Shown here piece by piece: positions 42,440 through 55,165 of a stretch of DNA of 64,000 bases. The position numbers and the translations under genes were made by a program. The stretch is from contig NMRA01000719.1 in assembly GCA_002633005.1 (NCBI GenBank), forward strand, positions 70,612 to 134,611. Reading direction: 5' to 3'. Positions within the stretch are counted from its first letter, which is position 1. Each line of letters begins with the position of its first letter. Source of the DNA: Phoronis australis (taxonomy: Eukaryota; Animalia; Phoronida). The notes beneath the pieces are model-generated. The model did no database searches, was not told the origin of the DNA, and saw only the letters and a list, made by a program, of their open reading frames with translations.

Positions 42440-43477
42440 ATGAACGCTACAGACAGTGCCAGCGAGACAGGCATGCCACGTGGCAGCACGCCCATTATGA
42501 GAGAGATTCAGCACATCCCACAAAATACAGCGTGGATTCTGTTCGGGGTCAAAGCAGTCTTTTTCATCCTAATAATCCTTGGAAACTCACTCGTTATAGC
42601 CGTGATCTGCCGCAACCGAAAGATTCGCTCAATGCCCTACACTGTCTACGTGCTGGCCCTGGCTGTAGTTGACCTAATAACTGGGCTATTCACCGTCCCA
42701 ATGGACATCTACAAGAATGTGGTACCTAACCTCATGGATCCAGATGCGCCAATACCACCACACTACATGGACAAGTCACTATGTCTCACCGGTATGTTCA
42801 GCATCAACCAAATATTGACCTGGTCAAGTAGCACGCTGATGGTGATCGCCGCCGACCGTCTCATTGCCACTATGTGGCCGCTCAAGTACCACACACTGGT
42901 CACTCATCGACGCGCCACTGTCGTTCTCCTTGTCACATGGGTAGTCATGTCAATACCTCTGTACGTGGCCACAGCATACACCGACCTCGTGACCTACAAC
43001 CCCAAAAAACCGTGCATGATGCCTTATCAGTACCATCCGATGCTGAAAATGGCAGTAGTTCTTCTTTGGGGCGCGGTCCAACTATTCGTCTGCTTCATCC
43101 TCTACATCAGCACAGGTCTGACCATGTGCAGCGGCAAGACCCAGGTCTCCAATCAGCGACATGTCACTGTCATGATGGCCGTTATTATTATCGTCTTTAC
43201 GGTATGCGTACTACCCATCATGATCATTAACTGGATCCAGATCAACCTGCCACCTATGGATAGAATAACCATGGCCTACGTGTTCTTCGGCATGATGCAT
43301 GCTAACTCATTTGCCAACCCCATCATCTACAACATGACAAACAAGATCTTCCGAGATGAATTCGTGGCTATCTGCAGGTGCCGACACTCAAGATCTACCC
43401 ACAATGACTCGGATGATGCGAAAACAGCCTATGACTTGCAGTCAACAACACACGTCAAGGAGACCAACAAAATGTAA
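42440..43477 (+). CDS. Class A (rhodopsin-like) GPCR, 345 aa, intron-free CDS, adenosine-receptor-like
   Basis: Seven hydrophobic segments with GN (TM1), LAVVD (TM2), Cys at the top of TM3 and DRL, PLKY in ICL2, W in TM4, FTVCVLP (TM6), HANSFANPIIY (TM7), and helix 8 'FRDEF...CRC'. N-terminal NAT sequon. Visibly more GC-rich than its flanks. Confidence 0.95.
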   Translation: MNATDSASETGMPRGSTPIMREIQHIPQNTAWILFGVKAVFFILIILGNSLVIAVICRNRKIRSMPYTVYVLALAVVDLITGLFTVPMDIYKNVVPNLMDPDAPIPPHYMDKSLCLTGMFSINQILTWSSSTLMVIAADRLIATMWPLKYHTLVTHRRATVVLLVTWVVMSIPLYVATAYTDLVTYNPKKPCMMPYQYHPMLKMAVVLLWGAVQLFVCFILYISTGLTMCSGKTQVSNQRHVTVMMAVIIIVFTVCVLPIMIINWIQINLPPMDRITMAYVFFGMMHANSFANPIIYNMTNKIFRDEFVAICRCRHSRSTHNDSDDAKTAYDLQSTTHVKETNKM

Positions 43478-45524
43478 ACCATGGAATAATGGACAGTAAA
43501 ATGACTTCAACTTGTGACAGTCGTGAGTTCAGGAAACATAAACTGTTGTGTAACTCTTTGTCTGATCAAATAGGACATTGGTGATTTTTCCTCTTGTAAT
43601 TTTTCTCAAATTCTGAACATTGTATATTGATGTTATAGTTAAATTTAAGGTAAAATCTCAAATACAATTGTTAAATCAATAGCTCCATTTACAAGGGGAC
43701 AGTAACACAGAGCAACTAACATGGAACAGCTGATCGTGTGCTAGTGTTTGTGTAAACATGACTAATGTGGAGCGACCATGTTGACACTGCAACGGCCATT
43801 TTTGAATGATACAACAAGTTGCCCTAGATCAGTTGCTCCAGTTTCAACTGCACGTCTAAACCCAAACTGGGGCAAGGTGGAACAAATCATCTCTGTTATG
43901 CTTGCGCAATAGCCAGTACATGGGTGATTCGCTGGCATTTCACATGGTTTGGACATTCGCTACTGATTACACAAGCATGCCCACTACAACATTAGTCTTT
44001 TATATGGATACTTTTTGCTTCTGCAATTTTCCAAAAACTAAGGATATCTTTACAAACACCGGGCAGCGAATACTTTTGTAATTGAAAATTCATAGTAAAT
44101 TCTTTTATTTTCTAGCTGTCTTTGTAATAATTGTTAAAGGTTCTTAGGTGTGAGACAAATCTTTCTAGCTGTCTTTGTAATAATTGTTAAAGGTTCTTAG
44201 GTGTGAGACAAATCTTCTGCAAAATTAGAAAGCAAAATTAAGACCTAAGGTTATTTTTGCCTGAATAATTGCAACTTCATGGGTGTGACATAGGTATGTG
44301 ACAGAGGTACAAATTTTGCATACATCCGTCACGTGATTTCTGACATCCCTGGGATCTAAAATTTTGCTGAATAGTATTAAATACCAAGTTAAAAGAGATC
44401 ATGGTGAAATTATTTTAATTTTGATTTAACAGTTTTGACGTAACTAAACTTCTTCGTACTTTTTTGTGACAGATGTACAGCACCAGAGGTGCAATGCCAG
44501 ANACCATGGAATAATGGACAGTAAAATGACTTCAACTTGTGACAGTCGTGAGTTCAGGAAACATAAATTGTTGTGTAACTCTTTGTCTGATCAAATAGGA
44601 CATTGGTGATTTTTCCTCTTGTAATTTTTCTCAAATTCTGAACATTGTATATTGATGTTATAGTTAAATTTAAGGTAAAATCTCAAATAATTTAGGACAC
44701 AATAGCTCCATTTACAAGGGGACAGTAACACAGAGCAACTAACATGGAACAGCTGATCGTGTGCTAGTGTTTGTGTAAACATGACTAATGTGGAGCGACC
44801 ATGTTGACACTGCAACGGCCATTTTTGAATGACACAGCAAGTTGCCCTAGATCAGTTGCTCCAGTTTCAACTGCACGTCTAAACCCAAACTGGGGCAAGG
44901 TGGAACAAATCATCTCTGTTACGCTTGCGCAATAGCCAGTACACGGGAGATACGCTAGCATTTCACATGGTTTGGACATTCGCTACTGATTACACAAGCA
45001 TGCCCACTACAACATTAGTCTTTTATATGGATACTTTTTGCTTCTGCAATTTTCCAAAAACTAAGGATATCTTTACAAACACCGTGCAGCGAATACTTTT
45101 GTAATTGAAAATTCATAGTAAATTCTTTTATTTTCTAGCTGTCTTTGTAATAATTGTTAAAGGTTCTTAGGTGTGAGACAAATCTTTCTAGCTGTCTTTG
45201 TAATAATTGTTAAAGGTTCTTAGGTGTGAGACAAATCTTCTGCAAAATTAGAAAGCAAAATTAAGACCTAAGGTTATTTTTGCCTGAATAATTGCAACTT
45301 CATGGGTGTGACATAGGTATGTGACAGAGGTACAAATTTTGCATACATCCGTCACGTGATTTCTGACATCCCTGGGATCTAAAATTTTGCTGAATAGTAT
45401 TAAATACCAAGTTAAAAGAGATCATGGTGAAATTATTTTAATTTTGATTTAACAGTTTTGACGTAACTAAACTTCTTCGTACTTTTTTGTGACAGATGTA
45501 CAGCACCAGAGGTGCAACGCCAGA
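43478..45524. repeat. ~1.02-kb tandem duplication (43478-44501 and 44503-45524) across a single n at 44502; probable haplotype overlap
   Basis: Near-identical copies with scattered SNPs and small indels. Each contains an internal ~53-bp tandem duplication (~44109-44214). Confidence 0.92.
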
Positions 45525-45996
45525 AATTTGCAATAAAGCAATGACTCTGTCCAGACCGAAGGTGAAATGAAAGCACAGATACAGAAAAACAGGCACAATC
45601 CCAAAGTGATAACTAAAGCGATTCTTTACGGCAGTTGCCAGTGCCTTGCATTGATAGGAGATCCCGAACATTTAGGAGAAGACAACGTCAATCCAGAATT
45701 TTTTTTCGTCGTTATGAAACTGTTGAGTATACCTATGATGAAACATTTACAGCATCAGAAAGCATTTTAAAAGGATACTAAACCCTGTTTAGGTGATTTC
45801 CACCAATCCTCGTTTTGTCACCTGTTAATGCACCATTGGCTTCAATCTTGAAAGTTAAACGCAAGAATGAATTAAAACTCATACTCCCTATGACACAGAA
45901 TGGACATTATGGTCATTGGTGGGTGGTCTATTCCCACAGTTGCCGTGTAATTCACTAAAAGTGCAGGTCATGCTTGCTTGTTTAGCAGATTTTGAA

Positions 45997-46787
45997 GAAT
46001 TGTTCTAAAACCCCCTCGACCCAGTCTACACAAGCTATACTTGACCTGAACATAGAACAAGCGCTGACTTGCAGGACCGAGTCAGACCGTGAGCTCGGAT
46101 GGCTTTTCCGTGTTTTTTTTTGCAATTAAGAGAGTCGATTCGACAAGTTTGAAAGCCAAAAACAGAAAAAAAAACAACGCGACCAAATCAATTCACAGAC
46201 CTACCAATGTTACATCTGTCATTCCCGGCAGAGTGTAATCGTCTCGTCTGCTCTTCAGTGAATGGCAGATTCAAGCTTTTTTAGAAGAATCAGCAAGGAA
46301 CCGACAAATATGAAACTAATTTCTTCAGTAAACAAAGTTGGAAAAACAAACTGTTAACTAAAAAAGTATCTCAATGTTACATGGAGTATATTGCAAATGA
46401 GACAGTATACAACAGAAAGCAAATAATAAAAATGTGAAATTATGTCCGTTCACATTAACATACTCTCTCCCTAAGTTTAGTAGAACAGGGCCATTGGTAA
46501 CCGCTCGTGGAACTATTTCTGTGACAACGATAGCGTGCTCGCAATTAGTTATTTCAAATCACGTTCTCACGCCACTTTCTGTTTTTAACCACCAGACTTG
46601 AGCCAGAGCAGATTCGCACGTAGATATGTCTTATGGGAAAGTCATTCAGCCACGTGACATAATTATGAATTGTGTAAAAAGTGCAAAGATACATCTGCTG
46701 CCGTAGGTCGAGGGGGTTGTGGGTCGTGGGAGTTGTGGGTCGAAAGGGTCATGGGGTGTGGGGGTCGAGGGGGTTTTAGAACAATTC
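45997..46787. mobile_element. 791-bp non-autonomous DNA transposon with 26-bp TIRs and 9-bp TSD (Mutator/MULE-like)
   Basis: GATTTTGAA|GAATTGTTCTAAAACCCCCTCGACCC...GGGTCGAGGGGGTTTTAGAACAATTC|GATTTTGAA, with G-rich subterminal repeats on the right. Confidence 0.88.
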
Positions 46788-46929
46788 GATTTTGAAAGGA
46801 ATTTTAAAATTTTCCTCAAAACTTTTGAGGGTTGTCAAGGGTTACAGAGCATTATTCTGTTTCAGAGAATTGGATGGGAAAGTCATTTTTAGTATCTGTT
46901 AACTGGCCCAAGTAAACAAGCCGACAGTG

Positions 46930-47520
46930 TAAGCGAAATAACATATGCACTGAAATGTTACTCCATTATTGCTGACAAAGTTACTGCCAACAATGAAGAA
47001 TTCATGCCCTTGCTCATACGATTAGTTGATGCCAAATACAACACTCCAGAGGAGTTGCTGGAAATTTGTTTTTGTAGTCTTGTGCGGTTGCTGAATGCAT
47101 TGTGGCCACCTTGAATATGATCTGTATCAACATTGCCAACTGCAGAGGGAAAGGATATGATGGCGTGGCAACCATGAGTGGGGACAATGCGAATGTTATC
47201 ATTTAGCGTCACACACACACATTGTTGCGGTTGTTGACAACATCTAGTGATAGCCTGCTCAGACTCGATACTGGAAATGAGAAACCTTGCCGACAAAGTA
47301 AACTATGTTGTTGATGATGAGCAGTCCAAAGAGAGAACAGCTCTAAAATGAAGTACATATCAACGAATATCCTGAATCTGCAGAAAAAACTCACTGATGT
47401 GTCCTGAAGTCGGGCAGCAAGGCGCGATGTTTATAATTCATGCAATATGAGAAGGTATGAGAGGAGTCTCAGACAAATTGTACATATTGGCGCTGACAGC
47501 AAAGAGTTAGTTACAGACAA
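46930..47520 (+). pseudogene. hAT-superfamily transposase remnant (ZMYM1/THAP12-like, DUF4371-type region)
   Basis: Manual translation across frameshifts gives 'YSIIADKVTANNEEFMPLLIRLVD', 'NCRGKGYDGVATMSG', 'THCCGC*QHLVIACS...EMRNLADKV' and 'SPKREQL'. These match hAT motifs SIIADE, CRGQGYDGAxxMSG, HCxxHxLNL and SPKR. Confidence 0.85.
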
Positions 47521-50289
47521 CGTTTTGACAAAACAAATCACCCCTTGTGTAATCCTGGCTACAGGCCTGCACAGAAGTGCACACAAGGCGTGTAGCTCAG
47601 ACACATGGACCTTCTTAGGCCAGATTCCATACAAAGGGTACCTTTTCGCATTGAACAAAATGGATCATTGTTGCAGTTATAGAAACGGTGGTAACTTTAC
47701 TGGGACAAAACTGGAAAAAACGGTGATTTTTTCACGAAGGTTTCCAACAAATGGGCCCGTTTTTTTCTTTTTTTAATAAAAATGAAGGAAGGCGTACCTG
47801 ATGCCTGAATTGCATTGAACGTGTGCAGGCCAAATAGATCATGCCCATTGCAAAACACACCTTAATTTGTAACTCATAAGAACACTACTGTGTATATATA
47901 GTTATTAGGCTCACCCTGAGAGAGGCTGCAGAAGCACATTTGTCTGTTATTGGTGCTTGGGATTTGAACCCAAGTTACTGTCCAGAGATGGCGTCCACAG
48001 TCATCACTGCTTCCACTCATCTGGTAATCTCACTTAATCTTCTGGCTAAACGTGGTCAAAACCAGTTCAGAAGCCTCAGTAGCTTTCAACGTTACCAACT
48101 TCACGCGAAGGAAAACTTTACCTTTTCTCAGGTATTTTAGGTCAGTATGGCTTAATATGAATGAATTTTGAATCTTTCCATAAAAACGAAATTAATGAAT
48201 TCTTCTAACAAGAAGTGTGACACTGCAAGAAAGTCACACATTGCAAACACCAAGTGTCCGACTGCCGGTGTTGTACATACGGGATTCATTACCTGCTTCT
48301 GACATCACTGCTCAAGTCAAATAGCAAATTCTTAGGTGGACTGAAAATGGGCGGGTATCTCGGCCACCGAACAGTTATAAAAAGTGAGGGACCAGAGCTC
48401 ACTTGAACTAGTTTCAGAGCTTTGCTCAATGCAACCAACTTGCGGATTGAAGAAGAGCTATCTTTATAAATTTCATAGAAATCACCTAAAATATTTCGAA
48501 TATCCTTTATAGCAAGACCAAAACGGCCGTTAAAAGATAACATTATACTTTAAATGAAATCATAAGAAAAGCTTTCCACTTTTCAATGCCACATTTTGTG
48601 AAAAATTGGTTAAGGCTGCACAAACACTTATTACAAAATCAATATTTGATGGTTTAATGCATAGATAATGAACACATGCAGTTGGAGATTTCCAACTATG
48701 ACCCAGACAGCAAATTAAGGACTATTCTCAAAAGATACGGTGTGCAAAAAGTTTTGAGAATCATAGTACCAGATGTCATGTGGGAAAACAAACAGAAATG
48801 TTGAATAAGTAATGAAAGAAAAGTTTTGCTACAAAAAGCTATCACTGTGAACCAGTTAATAACTACTGATTCACCACAAGGTGGCCCTCTATCGGCAAAG
48901 ATTAATATTGGAAGAAAGCCATGGGAATGGTCTGTTATGGCCTCCTAGTTTTGAATCTTCACCAACAGGGGGTTTACCAGGTAACAAATCAAGGTTATGC
49001 AAGATGGCTGTAGGCCACTCCACATCAAAGTAACATAAATGTCAAGTCTGCTACAAATAGCATCTTTCACCTAATTATCTATTCATCTTCTTAAAAAAGT
49101 ATGCAAAAATCTTTACAGAACGGAATACAGTTGTATTGATACCACACCATATGACTCAACTAAATTAAATGCAAAAAGTTTTTGAAATCGAGTCACTTAC
49201 TTTGAATAGGCGAAATGAAGTAGAAACTGCCTATCTTTCTTGTAGTAATATGTCTTGGGTGCAGTGCTGCCTTTCAATCTTTGCTGTCTACTTGTTTTTT
49301 GGCTCATGTGGGTACATGCCTTTCAGAATGCAGTCGCCTGGAACATGTCATGAATTGGCAGATTATCAGAAACACAGAAATTCTTCTGTGTTCCTGTGTC
49401 TCTGACACAGTGTAACATAAAGTGGGATTTGTTCAGCCAAACTTATCAACAAAAATACAAAAAATGGAAAGATCACTTTGGCAATCTGAGAGTGCAAAAT
49501 AACAGATGAATTATAACATGGTCACAATTGTCAAGACAAGACATATAATTATAATCAATTGCAACTTTGAGGATTACCACAGCAACCCCTAGTGATTCTG
49601 TTGTGAACTCCCCTTGCAGAAGGTGCAGAGATCTTTTACATGCTGACTGAGGCCTCTGACTATATTCAGAGAGAGTGCAGACATCATTCACATGGTGATT
49701 GAGGACAGTCATTTGCTATGCAACCTCTGATCCTATTGTATTTAATGCAGAGTTGTATGCATCTGCCATGTCTGAGTAGCACCACAGCACAATACGTACG
49801 ATGTATCAAACCAAGTCACAACTAGACTGGTTTGACAATGAGTACATCATGTTGGTTGACAGGCCTATCCAGCTAGGTATGTAGACGACTCATAGAGCAG
49901 ACTGTACGTGTGCTGGCTCACTTAGATTATCTCGTACTGTGTGGATATTTCTTTCCTCAGCTGGGTCGATTTTCTATTTTATAGTTCGGAAATATCTAAA
50001 TCCCTTACAAAAACGAACTGAAGTTTTCATATAAAAATCCAGTTTTCAGTCTGAAAAACTTTTAACACAAACTTAAAATGAAACTAGCAGGCTAATTCGT
50101 AATCTCTCTGATTGCTTGGTCAAATTAGTTAGAAACGCAACATATAGCAATGATGTGAGCATAAAGTAGTAAGTTTCTCAAAATCGTAAGTTTCTGGAAC
50201 ATAAGTTTTTAAAAACCTGAAGTTTTAAAAACTTAAGTATGGAATATTACGTTTGTTCCAAAAAACTTGTTCCAAAATACTTAAGTTTT

Positions 50290-50585
50290 TGATAAATAAC
50301 GTAGAAAATAAATCTGAAACTAAATAAGGCGATCCAGATCCTCCCAAGGATACTATTGTTTCACGAAATGTAGAATATAAATAGGTAAATAAAACAAGAA
50401 TGGATCAACTGAAATTTTCGGATGTAATAAAAATGTATCATATTCATTACACCATATCTTAAATGTCAATTGTCATATAGTGTTTGATTTTACTTTATTT
50501 CTGTTTCTGTTGACAAAGGATGTTATTACATCCGAAAATTTCAGTTGATCCATTCTTGTTGTTTTATTTACCTATTTATATTCTA
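50290..50585. repeat. Fold-back repeat family, copy 2 (60-bp near-perfect arms at 50371-50430 and 50523-50585)
   Basis: The arms are reverse complements apart from a 3-bp indel. Flanked by degenerate AAGTTTT/AAAACTT repeats at 50170-50290 and 50585-50710. Confidence 0.85.
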
Positions 50586-52805
50586 AGTTTTTGAAAAACT
50601 TAAGATCCTGAAAAACTTAAGTTCCAGAAACTGAGTTTTTGAAAAAACTTCAAGCTTTCAGAACTTAAATTTTCAAAGAACTCAGTTTTGAAAACTGAAG
50701 TTTTCCAAGAGAATAAGGTTCAATAATAGAGATATTCATAAAATTCAAACATTCACTAAATTAAAACAAGAATGGAGTACAGTAACAAATTTAATGACTT
50801 TCATATATCCTTTAACAAAAGTAGCATTCTATTAAGGTTCAATTAGCAGCGATTAATTGTAGAAAATAAAATGTATTTGCTCAAAATACAATAAATCCGT
50901 AAAATAAGCGCCATGTGTGTTATACCACAAAAATTAAAAACATTTCAAAAATCAGTTCATGAAGTGCCATAAATACTTTATATTTAAAACTAATTCAGGC
51001 TAATAATATATTCATACAAGAACCTTTCTCATTCTAAGACAATATGTGAGAATTGGGGATAGAACTAGAATATATATAGAGCAAACACTAATTACAAATT
51101 CTTGAGTCACACCCAAAGACAAAAGTGATTACATGGCCAGGAAAGACTACAACAAAAGTCTATACCCCTGGAGATTTGCAACTAAAATTACAGCAATGAC
51201 ACCAGAAATAACAAATTGCATGACATGCAAAAGCTAAGAATATCCCCAAAATCTGTTAGAGACAAGAGCATAAAATAACATAGAACAGATAACTGAAAGT
51301 TTGTTGGCAAGGGTCACATCTATCATTTTTGGGAAGCGCAGATTTTTCCTGGAATCCGCAGACTAGAAATAGTGCTTAGAAATTACCTATCATGATTTTC
51401 AACTGTTCAAAATATCAATTTATAGTCAGAGTTTCATTTTTGTTCACAGTCATAGTAACAGTAAAATCTATATACTCTTTGTTGCGAATAGATTTCAGAA
51501 AATGTAATCCTTAGTACAATCTGGTTATATGTCGAGGTGGGAATTTGAAAACTGTGACACTTGATGACAAAGTTATTATTTCCTTTAATGTAAAGCTATC
51601 TTATGCATGCATCTATGCTTCGCCACAAGCCATTTGAATGTTAATTGCCCTGCATCTGGTCACTTAGGTTCATAGGTAAATAATCTGTTTTGTGACTACG
51701 TATCAATTCGCATTGGCTCAGCCTCAGCAAATGACAGTCAATAACGTCGATGATTGGGTTTGACTGTGTTCAAACGTGATCGGTAATAAGCTTGGTAGAC
51801 AATTGGCCTGCATGTTGTTATATCATAAAAAAGACTGTTCTCGGCAGTTAACAAAGGAGATGTTATCACACGCTCACGACCGCTGTATGTCTGGTAAAGT
51901 CACTGAACGGGAGAACGTCCTTATCCTGCAGGGGGCCGCCATCTTGAAGAAGAATGCAGCTGCAGCCGAGAAAGTAGTCTTTTTCAGTCTCAACATGCTC
52001 ACAAATAGGCCCTACAAACAAGTCACAGTCACTGAAATTACATGCAATGCTTTCCACTAATCCTGGCTTACACCTATATTTTAATATGTTGGCACTGTAA
52101 ACTGGCCGTGGCAGCAGCCTAACTGTTCAGTTCGGTCAATGACCGCAGCCAAGCACCTTGACCTACATTTCGCTCCGGCTGACGTCACACGGACGGTGTA
52201 ACCACAGGTCACCAGAGTTCATGAACCAGAAAGTGTATGTCCCAGTGATGCCATGTGGCGTATTTTTTGTGGAAAATAAATCTCTGTGTCGGACGTTGAA
52301 TCAATTCTTTGTTTAAAACCTTATTTTGTAGTACCGGTAGTAATTTATAACTATTATAAGAATTAAGATGGAAGCGTTCAGAAAATCTGTTTAGGTTACT
52401 CGGTCTAAATGCGGGTAAAAAATATATATTCAATGAATGCCCATGATATGATGACCAGGCGACATATAAGTCGGTCAAATAAACCCGTTTTTTCTCTTCA
52501 ATCGGCTAGTTTTTCAGCGAACTCATTGGTCATTACTTGTTGCAATGTTCACCCGATAACTTATCATTAAAGTTCATATAATTTTTTTTTAGTCACCAGG
52601 CATGCGGTAAATCGCAATTTCAACGACATAACTGAATTAGTTGGAGTTGTCGGGCAAACACGACTGCAGTGAGTGTCCCCATTTGACACCATGCAGGTGA
52701 ATTAGGATAATGAAAATTAATCCTTTATGTCAAAAATGCATAAAGAGCTTTGACAATTCACTTCTAGCTGTTCAATTACACAACTCCCTGTGATGTTGAG
52801 ATTAA

Positions 52806-53130
52806 NNNNNNNNNNNNNNNNNNNNNNNNNNNNNNNNNNNNNNNNNNNNNNNNNNNNNNNNNNNNNNNNNNNNNNNNNNNNNNNNNNNNNNNNNNNNNNN
52901 NNNNNNNNNNNNNNNNNNNNNNNNNNNNNNNNNNNNNNNNNNNNNNNNNNNNNNNNNNNNNNNNNNNNNNNNNNNNNNNNNNNNNNNNNNNNNNNNNNNN
53001 NNNNNNNNNNNNNNNNNNNNNNNNNNNNNNNNNNNNNNNNNNNNNNNNNNNNNNNNNNNNNNNNNNNNNNNNNNNNNNNNNNNNNNNNNNNNNNNNNNNN
53101 NNNNNNNNNNNNNNNNNNNNNNNNNNNNNN
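52806..53130. other. Assembly gap (325 n)
   Basis: Run of n. Confidence 0.99.
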
Positions 53131-54611
53131 TTTCAACTTTGGCACATCATTAACCTCTTGGGGTCAAAGGTCAACTCCAGGATATCGTGGTGCCGTACGT
53201 CCGACACAAAAAACTGCTAAAAAGTTCAGTTACGTTAAAAGTTTTCAACCAAAGTTAAAATAATTTCAGATTCTCTTTGAACTTATTACTTAATACTATT
53301 GATCAAAAGTTTAGATCCCAAGAATTATTCGTTAAGTTAGAAACAGTGTGGCAGAGTGGCAAACGTACGTCAAATTTGTACGTCCGTCACGTACGCCCGT
53401 CACTGCATCCGAAATTACAACTTTTCAGTTAATAACAGTAACCTTAGGCCTTATTTTTACTTTCTAAACTTGCAGAAGATAAAATGTATCTCACTCCTAA
53501 GAACCTTAAAACGATTAAACATTACAAAGAAAGCTTTAAAATCGACGTAAAGAAAATGAGTTGCCACAAAACTTTTTGAAAAAGTACTGCCTATGACCTG
53601 CAATTTTTGGTACACGCCTGCGTGGCCCCCGGGATCTTGACCTCACTGAGTGAAGTCAATAATTATTCGTAAGAGTTAGTATTGCCGTCAAACAACACAA
53701 CACATCAACCACTTAGCACTGGAAGATATTAAGATTCGTTACTTGCCGAGTGACAAAAAATCGGTTAAGGACGGTCTCTAAACGACTTTCTCAAAGAACA
53801 CTCCCGTGCTCAGTACAAACATGCCCAGTTTTCCGGCCTCAGAGACCGAGGATTTAGCTCAACAAATTTATAGTTTCTCAACATTTCTCGTCAATCGTGT
53901 CATGTTTGTGGCATGACGATTCATTAAAATTTTAAGATTTATTTTTCTTTGGAGCTCACAGTGTCAGTGATACTCATGGTCAGTCTATTCCTATGCAACA
54001 ATTAAATGCGATGACTGTACACATTCTCGTAATCCCTCACATTTTTAGGGAGTCTCTCCTCCACGATTCGGTCTGCCAGCAATGAAAGGGTGCAACGATT
54101 GGGTGTACATGTTTTTGCAAACATGTTTTTCAAAGGGTTCATCGTCACATTCCAGCAGATTACCGGTGAGTTCAAGTAGACCAAACGTCCAAGAATGAAA
54201 AGTGATCTGGCCTCAGAAACTGGCTCACCGCGGTATTACTGAAAAGCCCTTTCAGATATTATAATGTGCTAGGAATTGTTATTAGAATGATGCACTGTTA
54301 CATATTTTGTGACATTCCTCCCCGAACATTTATACTAGGAACCTCTTACTGGTTCCTAGATTTATATCAAACGAAACTTAGTCATGTTCACGATGCCTTT
54401 GTTTTGCTTTGAATGTGACTTTTTTCCTTTCGCGGCTAAATTTTACTACAAAGATATTTTCGACGTTCAACATGAATGCTCCCCAGAGATTGGAGTCAAA
54501 AAACCAAATCTTCTAGGTTTTCTTCTTTCACTGAAAAATGTACATTTTTGCTGACCTAAATGTTATAATTTTGTAGATATTTCGTTGTACACAGACTTTT
54601 GTATAACATCC

Positions 54612-54768
54612 TCAGTGGCGGATTTAGAGGGGGACCAAGGGGGCCATGGCCCCGCCTAAAATTCTCCCAGATTACATTTGGCAGTTCGGGGGTGCAAATG
54701 CCTAATGGGCAAAGTCTTGGATAATACTCTGTCCCACCCCCCAACTCAAAATCCTGGATCCGCCCCTG
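54612..54768. mobile_element. Short MITE with CAGTGGCGGAT/ATCCGCCCCTG TIRs (hAT-like)
   Basis: Imperfect 11-bp TIRs. Related termini at ~29860 and ~30855. No TSD seen. Confidence 0.65.
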
Positions 54769-55096
54769 GTCTTAGAAAAAGGCTGTGTACTATGGGAACG
54801 TACACGAGTCTCAGTCCCTCTTCCATTATCTCTCTGACGCCAGAGGGCGTTGAACACGAATGTTTGTTCTCCTACAACATAAGTTAAGAAAGTGGGGTAC
54901 ACACGTGTGGAAAAATTGTGTAGCAATGGGAAGGGAAAAGAAAAAAGTAAGTCTAGTTTTATTGCTACAGCGGACACTGGAAAGAGGGCACGAATGGAGG
55001 AGGCGCATTTTCAGTGCTTCAATAGAATATGTAGCTCTTCTTCTTCTTGGTTTAAGTGACCACACTCTCCAGACCAGGGGCCCGTTCCAACAAAAC

Positions 55097-55165
55097 CACA
55101 GGCACCTTTAAGTAGCCCTCTACAATATAATATAATTAGTAGAGGGCTACTTAAAGGTGCCTGTG
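55097..55165. mobile_element. 69-bp hairpin mini-element: 27-bp perfect TIRs, 15-bp AT spacer, 8-bp TSD
   Basis: AACAAAAC|CACAGGCACCTTTAAGTAGCCCTCTAC-aatataatataatta-GTAGAGGGCTACTTAAAGGTGCCTGTG|AACAAAAC. Confidence 0.92.

Noticed and set aside
42361-43230. Alternative-frame ORFs (103 and 118 aa) overlapping the GPCR
   Set aside because: Shadow ORFs expected in GC-richer coding sequence, with no recognisable motif.
42440-43477. GPCR as an opsin or a biogenic amine receptor
   Set aside because: Position 7.43 is His rather than the retinal-binding Lys, and 3.32 is Ile rather than Asp.
43762-44979. Two near-identical 64-aa ORFs
   Set aside because: They lie in the n-joined 1-kb duplication, which is probably allelic.
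47930-48000. Minus-strand B-box-like GGGTTCAAATCCC suggesting a tRNA
   Set aside because: No cloverleaf could be folded. At most it is a decayed SINE fragment.
52717-53263. ORFs spanning the N run
   Set aside because: Gap artefact.
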